A DNA stretch of 63,032 bases, the filler included, from Reticulomyxa filosa (taxonomy: Eukaryota > Protista > Foraminifera): assembly GCA_000512085.1 (NCBI GenBank). It is 21 parts of 21 records of this genome, joined end to end, with 100 filler letters (N's around TTAATTAATTAA, not from the genome) between each part and the next. Parts side by side here need not be neighbours in the genome. Positions count along the whole stretch, not along the records: positions 51,333 to 55,768 come from ASPP01003735.1; positions 55,869 to 59,744 come from ASPP01021507.1; positions 59,845 to 61,228 come from ASPP01029594.1; positions 61,329 to 63,032 come from ASPP01004136.1; 17 more parts are not named here. One strand, 5' to 3'. Shown here piece by piece: positions 52,590 through 63,032 of the stretch. Each line of letters opens with the position of its first letter. Position 1 is the first letter of the stretch. The notes below the pieces were generated by a model that saw nothing but the letters and a program-made list of their open reading frames with translations, did no database searches and was not told where the DNA came from. The translations under genes were made by a program, and so were the position numbers.

Positions 52590-54591
52590 TTCAAATGCAA
52601 AATCTGCTATTACATAACGCAACATTTGGATCACTTTAATTGGAACCCTGCACCAAATGGCCAGACGACCTATCAAGAGAGATACTTTGTCTGTGGTGGA
52701 AAGAACTGGAAAGCCAACAATAGCATCTGGTTTTACACAGGCAATGAAGCAGACGTGGAATTGTACATCAATAATACTGGGCTGATGTGGGAAAACAGCG
52801 ACAATTTTGACTCCATTATGGTATTCGCAGAGCATCGTTACTTTGGACAGTCCTTGCCTTTTGACAGCAACACACAAGACATGGACAATCGATATTTAGT
52901 GTTTCTAAACACTGATCAAGCATTGGCTGACTACGCATTTTTGATACAGACATTAAAAACCCAATGGAACTCTTGGAACTCGCCTGTCATTGGTATTTCT
53001 TTTTTTGTGTGTATGTGTGAGTGCAACGTGACGTATACACACACAAAAAAAAGAACAACATTACTTTGAACTTTGAAAAAAAAAAAAAAAGGTTTCGGTG
53101 GATCATATGGTGGCATGTTGTGTGCGTGGTTTCGAACCAAATGTATGTGCGAACGAAAGTTTTTGTTTGTTTTTTTTTTTTTCCAATGGAGAAATAATTC
53201 TCTAACTTAAACTATGAGTTATCTTTGTTTATAGTTGTTGGTCAATAATAATTGTCGTCATTGTAGTTCTTTTCTGTGACTTGTGACCAAGATCCGCAAT
53301 GGATGGACGGTTGCATTGCAGCAAGCGCTCCAGTAGTCGCTTTCGAAGGCACAAATCCTTTGGTCAATCCCAACTTTTTTGCGCAAGGTGAAACTTACGA
53401 CTGCTCTTCGCAAGTTAAAGCTTCAAACATTGTTAATGCAAGAACAACAAACATTATATTGTTTGTTTTTTGTCCGAATATAGGGCGGTGCCAGCGATTT
53501 ATGTAAGGAAAACTTTCACAGCAGCTGGGATATAATATTTAACATGAGCACGACCGAAGAAGGACGCAAGGAATTAGCACAAATCTTTCGATTGTGCCGA
53601 ACTCCCAACACTTACTTTGAGGCTTCTTATATTGCCGATTGGGTCAGCAATGCTCTCAGTTACATGACAATGGGAAGCTACCCTTATGCCTCCAGCTATA
53701 TGCTGAATGGCAATGGCTACTTGCCTCCGTATCCTATGCGATTGGGCTGCAGCTATTTGAGCCAAACTTTCGACAGTGACAACGACTTGTTGGCAGGTTA
53801 CTTAAACGTGGTGTGAGTTGTGCTTTGTGTTGGTGATGTGATGTCACACCAAAAAACTCTCGTTTCCTATATGTACATATACATACACAAAGGCGTCCGT
53901 GATGCTGCTGGAGTCTTTTACAACTATTCGCAAAGTCTGAAATGCTATGACTTGAATGTCAATGGAAACAATCAGACAACAATTGATGGCGAGTTGTGGA
54001 ATTACCTATATTGCACAGAAATATTTATGCCATTTGGACAAGATGGTATCAATGACATGTTCTGGTAATTATTGTCTAATTTATTTTTTTTATTTTTTTT
54101 TTTTGTTATCTTTGTTTGTTTGAATTAAAATATTTTCCTTTTTAAAAAAAGGTACGATCCCTGGAATTCCACTGCCTCTGCTCAAAGCTGTGCAGTTATA
54201 CTTTTTTCTACGGTCTCTTTCTCGCCTTGCTTCAACAGCACATAGACAATATATCAATTGTAATTATTTACTTCTGTAAAAATAGGATCAATACAAAAAC
54301 GGTGGACCCAGACCTTTGTGGGCAAATACAAACTTTGGAGGCTGGCAAATTGGTAAAGGTGGAGTCACCAATATCGTGTTTAGCAACGGACAATTAGATC
54401 CTTGGAGAGGGGGTGGTATTACCTTGAATTTATCACAAACAATCACCAGTATTGTAATACCAGATTCAGGACATCATATTGACTTGTTCTTCAGTAATCC
54501 TGACGATACTGCGGCGGTTAAAAACGCCAGAGAGTATGAATTAACACAAATTAAAGAATGGACAGAGCAATCTAAAATGCGATGGTTATAA
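52590..54591 (+). CDS. Serine peptidase S28 (prolylcarboxypeptidase/DPP7-like), multi-exon
   Basis: QHLDHF, FYTGNEAD, FAEHRYFGQSLPF, QALADYA, GFGGSYGGML (nucleophile), ASAPV, NIVFSNGQLDPW and GHHIDL. Start codon uncertain. Confidence 0.92.
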
Positions 54592-54866
54592 AAAAAAATT
54601 TTGAAGAAGTTTGTTCATATGTAAAAGTTTTACATGAAGAAAAAAATGAGCAAATGTTTTGTTAAATTCACAAAATTGTCATTTTTTTTGCTTCTCAAAA
54701 GAAAGATAATAAAAATTTGTTTTTAAAATTTTAAATAACAACTTTACATTGCTATAAGCTTTGAACGAAATCGCCAAGTTCTCTAATAATTTTCACTTTC
54801 TGATTTTGCAAAATAGATTAAATTCTGTTATATTCTTTTATCAAATTGTTGAGATTATTGTTACAC

Positions 54867-54950
54867 ATTTGTAGGGCAAGTTCCTATTACACACGGCTGA
54901 GCCCTTATGGAACTGATGAGCTCCCGTTGGGTTAAACTTCTCCAACAAAT
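54867..54950 (+). ncRNA. Candidate structured element (three-way junction, CUGAUGA core), copy 2
   Basis: ATTTGTAGGGCAAG-TTCC..GGAA-CTGATGA-GCTC-CCGTT-GGGT-TAAA-CTTCTCCAACAAAT. The outer arms form a 14-bp stem with 2 mismatches. Confidence 0.5.
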
Positions 54951-55868
54951 TTTCGTTCTTGTTTTTGTGTTCGTTTTCTTTTTATAAAGCCAGAAAAGAT
55001 GGCCAATAAGTTAATTAATGTTTTTTTTTTTTTTTGTTCAAGTTAATGAAGAAAAACTTGAACGGATCACAACGAAGTGACCTTCGACCCAACGGCATCG
55101 AAGATGTCGCTAATGAGTGATAATAGTTTGCTGAAATCTTTCAATTGTTTTTTATTTTGTTTTTTCTTAAAATGAAATAAAATTTGTTTGTTTGTTTATG
55201 AAAATAGATAATTTGTGCTGCGGCTTTTCGCACTTAAAAAAAACCTGTTGTGTTGGACAAGACCAAGTTCCGTTCAAGTCTTCTGTAAGCTCATGTCAAA
55301 AAAAAATTTAACACTATGTATTTTTTTCGTCAAAAATATATTACTTCAAGCATTAATTTAATAACTTTAATTACTATGTTTCATAAGAAGTTCACATTTT
55401 TGTTTCGACATGTATTTTAAGCTGTTATTAACGTTTTCAAGCAAAAAAGTGTATGAGTCTTCTGTTAAGAATAAAATCTTTGAAAACGAGGTACCAACAT
55501 CTAAATAGTTTTGCAAATTAGCTACAAAATAGAGCAATTTTTGTAAATTGATGCTAGCTATTTTGAAAAATGTATATCGTTTTTGCTCACTCAGAACCAC
55601 AAAATTGTTTCCCTTTTTCCACAAAAAATGAAGAACAAATGAAAAGAAAATCAAAAAAAGAAAAAACAAGGCAAAAAAAATAGCAAATTGGAACATAACA
55701 AATCCGAAGATGAAGAAAAAAATGTTACAAAAAGTATTCAGGTGGTGGTTTTTTCTCAGGTGCTCCTCNNNNNNNNNNNNNNNNNNNNNNNNNNNNNNNN
55801 NNNNNNNNNNNNTTAATTAATTAANNNNNNNNNNNNNNNNNNNNNNNNNNNNNNNNNNNNNNNNNNNN

Positions 55869-56125
55869 CACCATTTGTAATAAAGAATAGTATTGGTAAT
55901 TCGAATGTGATATGTTCTGGATCAAGTGATAATACAATTCGTTTTTGGGATATTCGATCAAATAAGGATGAATTGTATATGATCAAAGAAGATGATAAAG
56001 AAGATTGTGGAATGATGTGTCTTAAATTTATTGTATTGAAAAAGAAAGAGAAAACAAAGAATGTTGCATATGATTTGATTTTGTGTTATTGTTCACGCAA
56101 AGGCTCTATTCGTATTTGGAGATAA
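55869..56125 (+). CDS. WD40-repeat protein, C-terminal fragment
   Basis: ICSGSSDNTIRFWDIR and LCYCSRKGSIRIW. Confidence 0.75.
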
Positions 56126-57624
56126 TTTAATTTTTTTTCAATAAGAAATGAGAGTGTTTTCTTTGAACAGTTTGATTAAAGAAAAAGCATTATAAATGAA
56201 AATTGTATTCAAATATCAAATAAATTTAAACAACAATTTAAGAAACAACAAGTTCAATTTGGTGATTAATTGATATCTTGATATAATTACATTTAATAGA
56301 ATGATGTACAAAAAGAAGATATTTCAGATAATTATTACATTATATCATTTAATGATTGCTGTTTGGAGAACAACTAAGATGATGAAAATATTAAATTATT
56401 TACAGAAATAAGAAAAATTTATTCCAATAGATGAAATAATATTCACAACGATTATATCAAAATTTTTAAAAACAAATAAAGTATGAAAAAAAAGATAAAC
56501 CAAGAAGCTTATTCGCATATATTCATCTCCAAACATAAATTGGGACAATCATTTTTGATTTAATTTCTTCTTTCAATTGTTCAGTTTCAGTAAGTTGATT
56601 GTCCTAACTAATGAGTTATTTAAATGCTTTTCATTTTCTCTTTAAAATCATATATTATAATCATGCTCCATCAATTCAATTTTTCCATAAATCGGACTGT
56701 ATTTAAATCAAACACATTCATTTTATTTTTTGGATAAGTGATAGATAGCAAATTTTTTTTTCATCAATCACTGCAAACAATTTCCGCACCTTAAAAAAAT
56801 AATATTTTTTGGAGTAAAGAAAACTATCAAGAATTAGTTTTACTGATTTTTTTTCTTTTTGAAATTACATCAAATTTTAATTCAAAACTCATTGAACAAA
56901 AAAACCTTTAAAAGAAGTCGTTAGAACGAAATTACAAACAAAAATAATAAGATTAACACCACCAAATACTAAGAATATTTTTTAAAAATGTTCCTTTGTA
57001 AAAATTTAATTCACTTTGTCCAACCCGACCAAGTAGCGCATTGAAAAAATAAAAAAGAACAAAGAAGAAAAAACCAAGAAGCACGAACATTGTTATTACC
57101 TTGTAATCCGAGTCACAAAATAACTTATTGTTGTAACAACCAGATTGTTTTTTTCTTTTTTCTTCTGATTAGCGTTTCTAAACTTAAGTTTTTTCTTTTA
57201 AAACGTGTTTAAATGGAATTAATCAATTTCTTTGTATTAGCATTGAAATGACAACAAATAACAAATTTGTTTGTGTGGATAAGTTTTTTTAGTTTTCAAA
57301 TTGATTCCAGTTAAATCGAATTTTTCTAATATTATTTTCATTGATTGCTTGAAATGTATCAAACCCTTTTTTCTATACAAACAATTGATTGAAAGAAAAC
57401 AATTTAGAGATCTTTTTGTTGTGATATAATTATACTTTTGTATGATAGTCTGTGAAACGCTCTCATACAATAATTAAATATTTTGTCGTTGTTTATGTTT
57501 GAAAGGGATTTGACTGATTAACTTTTTTATTCAATTTATGTGCAATTTTTTGTTTTTCAAAGGGTCACATCCTCCCGTTTTTTTAAAAAGTTAAATTTAA
57601 AAAAAATTCGTCAACATTAACAAC

Positions 57625-58822
57625 ATGGGTAATCAAAACACAACCACCTTTCAAACTTTGAAGGAGTTGCCCACTCCACTTTCTCTACCTCAATGTGTGT
57701 TACACAAACATGAACTCCTCATTTGTGGAAGTTATAAACAAAGGGCTTGTTATTCTTATCATACACTCAAAAACGAATACAAGTTTATCTGTGACTATCC
57801 AAGTCATACCACATTGGATGGACACTGTGTAGTGAAACTAGTAGATAATAACAACTGCAATCAAATTACTTTGTTGTCTTTTGGTGGACTTTATAGTCAT
57901 ACATTGGTAATGAAATATGTAAGTGTTTGGGGTAATATGTCAAACAAATCAAATGAATTCAACAATTGCAATCAATGGGTCCCTTTCACATACAATCAAA
58001 ATCAGACAATTGTCATTGGAAGAGATCAAGGTCACGATTTTCAAGGAGTGCGTGCGGTGATTGGTGGATGCAATAATAATCTGTTATTTATTACTTATTA
58101 TAGAAATAATATTAGTGTATTTGATTTAAATACATTTCAATTTATTAAACATGATAAATTACCAATTGATTATATTCAATATCATTGCTTTGTATCAAAG
58201 TCAGAAAATAGAGAAGGACAAGAAATGATGAAAACAAATAAACAAAATTATCAAATGCTATTGTTTTGTTATGATGCAGGATTATCAATTGAATATGATG
58301 AAGATAACAGCACTTTTCAATTTCTTCAACTCAATGTTTGTGATGATATTGTACCATTCAATTTATATGCATATGTGTGTATCAATGATATTATTTTGTT
58401 CTTTGGTGGATGGAATCATAATCACAATATTACTTCAAAATCAGTGCACAAGTATTCAATTCGAGAAAACAGATGGATGACATTTCAAAACGCTTTACCC
58501 AGTCCATTATTTCATTGTGTTGCAATATTGAATGAAGAAGACAATCTTATACACATCATTGGAGGAAGAGATGATGAAAAAAAAAAAGTATCAGCCCACA
58601 TGAAGACAAACGTGCGTACATGGGATCTTTCACAGTTGGTAATGATTTGTTTATTTATTATTTATTTATTTTGACGAAACACAAATATTATTTCATGAAA
58701 TTGATTACCAACAGTCAAAAAATGAAATAAAATGTATTCTTGAATATTGGATTCGAGCTTTAAAAATAAAATTCGGATGGATCAACGATTTTAATAAAAT
58801 TATTATGAAATACAATAGATGA
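57625..58822 (+). CDS. Kelch-like beta-propeller protein, apparently complete, one intron (58639-58714)
   Basis: Starts MGNQN, with repeated LLICG/SFGG/VIGG/FFGG/IIGG motifs. The final exon reads SKNEIKCILEYWIRALKIKFGWINDFNKIIMKYNR*. Confidence 0.8.
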
Positions 58823-59534
58823 AATCAATCGATGAATTGCAATCAAAATATTTATTAATCATGTTATCATTAAATATAGTTTTGATTTTGATTTTATTTC
58901 ATGATTATGAAATTTGTCATTTTTTTTCTTAAGTATTTTCAAAGTATTAAAAAAAAGGGTTAATAAATATTTTATGAATGTTCTTCATAACTGATTTTCT
59001 CTTTAATCAAAGATTTTTTAATTTATATAAAAAAGCGCAATTGCTGTACACAACAAAATTTTACAATAATTTATCAAAAGAGAATAGTCACAAACGCAGC
59101 AAAAATATACATGGCTTGTTTGGAATGTGAACGTTGTTTGTTTCAAAAAATTCTTTAAAAAAATGTAACATGCCAAAAGTAAGAAAAAAGCTTTATTTGA
59201 AAGGCTTCTTAAGAAGAAAGAAAAGGGATTTTGTTCAAGCCTTTTTTGTTTTAAGTTCAAATTAATGTTTACAAAGCTATACACAAATCAATTTGAAGAT
59301 ACTTAGTCCTTATGTCTATTTTAAGGCGTAGATTTTGAGATAAAAAGTGCAAAAAAAAAATTTGAAAGAGCATTACAACTTTCAAAGCAAACTAGTTTCG
59401 TTATTTGACGAAAGTAAAAAAAATATCTTTCAATATATGCATTCAATCAAATCAAACAAATTTAATATCACTTTACTTTTCTTTTAATCAAATTTTTCAA
59501 AAAAATCAATTTCATTTCTTATTCGACAAAAAGT

Positions 59535-59744
59535 AAATTATCCCCAAACACGAATGAGATAATTGCGTGAACCATAACACAAATTCAAATCATATGTAAC
59601 TTTCTTTGTATCCTCTTTCTTTTTCAATACAATAAATTTAAAACAACATATTCCATAATCACGTATCTTATCTCCTTTGATCATATACAATTCATTCTTA
59701 TTTGATCGAATATCCCAAAAACGAATTGTATTATCCCATGACCC
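59535..59744 (-). CDS. WD40-repeat protein, C-terminal fragment (same family as 55869 and 6540)
   Basis: Minus strand reads GSWDNTIRFWDIRSNKNELYMIKGD..LCYGSRNYLIRVWG*. Confidence 0.7.
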
Positions 59745-59929
59745 NNNNNNNNNNNNNNNNNNNNNNNNNNNNNNNNNNNNNNNNNNNNTTAATTAATTAA
59801 NNNNNNNNNNNNNNNNNNNNNNNNNNNNNNNNNNNNNNNNNNNNAAAAGAGCACTTTTTCATTATTATGACTTGTTTAAAAGGGGAGGGAGGTTTGTCGC
59901 CTCTCATTCTTATTGAAGTTGTTTTTTGC

Positions 59930-61103
59930 AGAATAATCTGAAAATAAATAATCAAATGTCTCATTCACATGTACAATTTATCCCAGAAACGCCCATGGAG
60001 TTTTACTTGAAGAAGACGCGAGGTCATTGCAATGACGCGACCAGCAAAGGAAGAGACAAGCCGGAACCGGGAACAGGTGGCAATATAGGATGCAAAAGAG
60101 TAAGTACAATTCCAGTGATAGTGCTGGAGAGCGAAGACTCCTCATCGCTGGAAGACGAAGAAGAGCAGAGGAGTAAAAGACTGGGAAAGAGTGATGTGCA
60201 GAAGACATTGAAAGGTGTAAAAAGCGCAAAGTACAAGGACGACGAAGAGAAGAAGAAGGACAGCACACAAGTGAAAGGCAGAACGGAAAGAGAGACGAGT
60301 CAAGGATCAAAGAGTTGGTACGAAATGCAATTGCGAACGATGCAACACAATTACGAAGAGAGAGAAAAAAATTGAAAGATGAGTTGCAACGATTGGCCGA
60401 GTGTTATTCGAACTTGCAACAGAAGTACGAGACATTGGAGAGAAAGTACAATCGGCTGACGAAGCAAACGCCGATAGAAACGGGAGGTGGAGACATTGAG
60501 TGCACTCTCCCTCCTCCCGACATGGAGTGGCTCAAAGACGCTACTACTACTATTAATACTACTGCTGATGAAAACGCAATACAAATAAATGGCGAGGATG
60601 GCAATAGGGATGATCTACTTATCGAATCGACCTACGAAAATGACACTTCGTTGGCGGCATGTTTGTCCAACGGTGTAAAATCACTGCGTCCAAATGCACG
60701 TGCGGGTCAAACCTTTCCGTTGCATTCGATCAGCAACAACAACAACAACCCCAAAGGCAAGTGCGCAGTTCGACCTCAATTGCAAACACATGCGCATGCA
60801 CATGCACATGCACAAGTACAAGGACAAGTGCAAGTGCAACCCCACGGAGCCGATCTGTCTGTCTCTCGAGCAATTGGAAAGAAGCAAAAGCAACAAGGTG
60901 CCGCTGCTGCGCGTGATCGACACCAATTGTGTTGCCAAAATAGTCCTTGCAATTGTGCCAATCCCAAGAAAGCTGTTGCCATGTCAAACGCGGCAGCCGT
61001 ACTCTCGAGTCGCGTCACTTCACAAAAGGCCAACCCTCCGTCCAAACCTGCAATCGTCCAAGAATGTTCCAACTTTATCGTCCCCGAGTCCCTTGCTTTT
61101 TGA
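59930..61103 (+). CDS. Hypothetical protein with a coiled coil and low-complexity regions
   Basis: Two overlapping coding-like ORFs joined by a frameshift in an A7 run at 60365-60371. The coiled coil reads LQRLAECYSNLQQKYETLERKY. Confidence 0.5.
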
Positions 61104-63032
61104 ACTTTGTTTTGTTTTTTTTTAAAAAAAAAAAAAAAAAAGAGTGGATGAAACCTTTTGTGGCCATCCAATCAAACATAGTCGATTGGAACAATGCCAA
61201 TTTTTGTACAATGTTTGTTTGTTTGTTTNNNNNNNNNNNNNNNNNNNNNNNNNNNNNNNNNNNNNNNNNNNNTTAATTAATTAANNNNNNNNNNNNNNNN
61301 NNNNNNNNNNNNNNNNNNNNNNNNNNNNATATTAATAAACATACAATTCTATCAAAATAAAAAAGAAACAAATAACTCGTCGAAAACTATAAAACATTGA
61401 ATCATTAACTCGAATATTTAAAGTTTTTGCATGTGTTGACACAAAAACTAAGTCTCAAACATAAATTAATATTTCCTCCAAGCAAGTGTAAATATAGTCC
61501 AAATGATGATGCACAAAGAGGGTCCGAGCTGCATATCGAGTTATTTCGTCGAAAGAGAACGGATTGTTTAGGGAGCCATTGATCGATCGCTTGCAAAAGC
61601 ATACCAAGTACAAAAAAATTAATATATTGTTCAAGAATGAACTTGAAAGTATGTGGATATGCACATAAACTCAAAGAGAGTGTTATTGGAATTTGTGTGA
61701 GGTATTTCTCTTTGGTTGTATGCTTGCTGCTCAATGTGTGAGGAAAATTTGATATGACTTGTAACCACGCAAGTGTAATCAAATTGAGAGATAGTTGTAA
61801 ATTGGAAAATCAAAACTCTCTTGTTCAAATCGACTATAATTTTCCGGTCTAAATGTTATTACTGAACTTTTCTACAAAAAGAAAAACTTGGATTAGAGTT
61901 GAAAACATATCTTTTTTTAATTTTATTCAATTTCAACAATTTTTATCAATTTCTTCAGTTTTTGATATTTTTCAAATTTTGAAACAATAATAAGTGAATT
62001 TGTCAACTTATAACAAAAAGAAAAAACGTAAGTGTTTTAAGTTAGTTATGCTGAAATGCTTTGTAAAAAATCTTTGTTAAATAAAATAAATTTTAGCAGT
62101 TCAAAAATACAGAATTCTTAATGTCAAGAACACTTGAGCATTAAGACTATTTATACATTTAACATAAAATATACAAAAAGTTCGTTAGTGCCCACATCAA
62201 AAAGGGGCTAATACTATTATAGCCAATATACACACCAAAAAAAAGAGGTGTATCTATCCTCATATTTTTAATTATCGATTTTGTAGGCATTGCCTGCACC
62301 AATTAAGAATGATTGATAGTGCACCAGAGTTTTAGTCATTCCTTTTTCACTCTCTTGTCCAACAGACAAATCATCCTAGGCGATAGTTTCGTCGTTACAT
62401 ATTTCGCCTGATAAGATTTACAAATGCAGCAACAGCACACTGGAATGATTCTTAATTATTTAATTCAATCATTTGATTGTAAAAAATGATTACAAAAGGG
62501 ATGTCATTGCCTTCTCTTTTCATTGATAATCACAAACTATTTGCATGTGAACTTAGTGCTACCTTTTGCACAGTATTATGTCTCGACTTCATTTTTTGTT
62601 TCATTTTGAGGTCTGTTCTTTTGTTTTGTTTTTTTGTGCTATTTATTTCAAAATGAAAAAAGTTGGGTAATATTCAACTTAACTTTAGAAGGTCTTGCAC
62701 TGTGTTTTCGTTGTAACAGCGTCGTAAGAACTTTAAAAAACTTAGAAAGTCACAAATGTCAAGGAACAATAACGCCACTAGTTTTCCTTTGAAAGGTCTT
62801 GTTCAAATGTTGCTAGATTTAGATTTTCAAAAAAACTTTTTTTAGTCGAGAAATTTTTTTTTTCCTGTTGACATGAAAAGTATCGCAAATTTATCTTGAT
62901 CAAATATTTGAATTAAAAGTATTTTATTTTGATGAAATATGTTGATCAAAATTGAGAATTACAAATTTCTTTTTTTTAATGAAAGTTGTGCAATTGCGTA
63001 ATCGTAAAAACCCTTTTCTTCTTTTTTTGGTC

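Noticed and set aside
54910-54960. SECIS element (ATGA...AAA)
   Set aside because: Spacing and the 3' GA quartet do not fit, the second copy lacks ATGA, and no in-frame Sec codon was found in the upstream gene.
60360-60375. Programmed ribosomal frameshifting at A-runs (also near 2920 and 23905)
   Set aside because: All fall in homopolymer runs in an assembly that repeatedly breaks at homopolymers. Sequencing error is the simpler explanation.
62120-62260. Small hairpins (also 55081-55105)
   Set aside because: Short, single-copy and without covariation support.

Overview
This window is not one locus. It is about 21 short contigs joined by 20 identical artificial 100-bp linkers (44 N + TTAATTAATTAA + 44 N, which puts stops in all six frames), so genes on different contigs are not linked. 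Almost all contigs are AT-rich, intron-containing eukaryotic DNA with poly-A/T and (TA)n-rich introns. The expanded kelch-like, WD40 and RING/TRAF-type families and the abundant pseudogenes resemble a foraminiferan genome such as Reticulomyxa (inference). Recognisable genes: TBC1D22/Gyp1-like RabGAP, an ankyrin protein, a divergent Hsp90, a SecA-DEAD-like helicase plus VWA protein, GT61, glutamine-dependent NAD synthetase, a SAM-LIM protein, a divergent Arf-like GTPase, TPS/TPP, Rac, RPA2, an ABHD17-like hydrolase, a VAT-1-like oxidoreductase and an S28 peptidase. Relics include LINE, Tc1-like, BRO-N and eRF1 fragments and the 3' half of a tRNA. One GC-rich contig (50104-51232) is bacterial. 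The most interesting observations are a eukaryotic RelA/SpoT-type synthetase fused to SAM and fascin-like domains (32854-34131), and a covarying hammerhead-like three-way-junction element found twice, each time in sense orientation downstream of an unrelated gene. All calls come from reading motifs by eye; no database searches were run.
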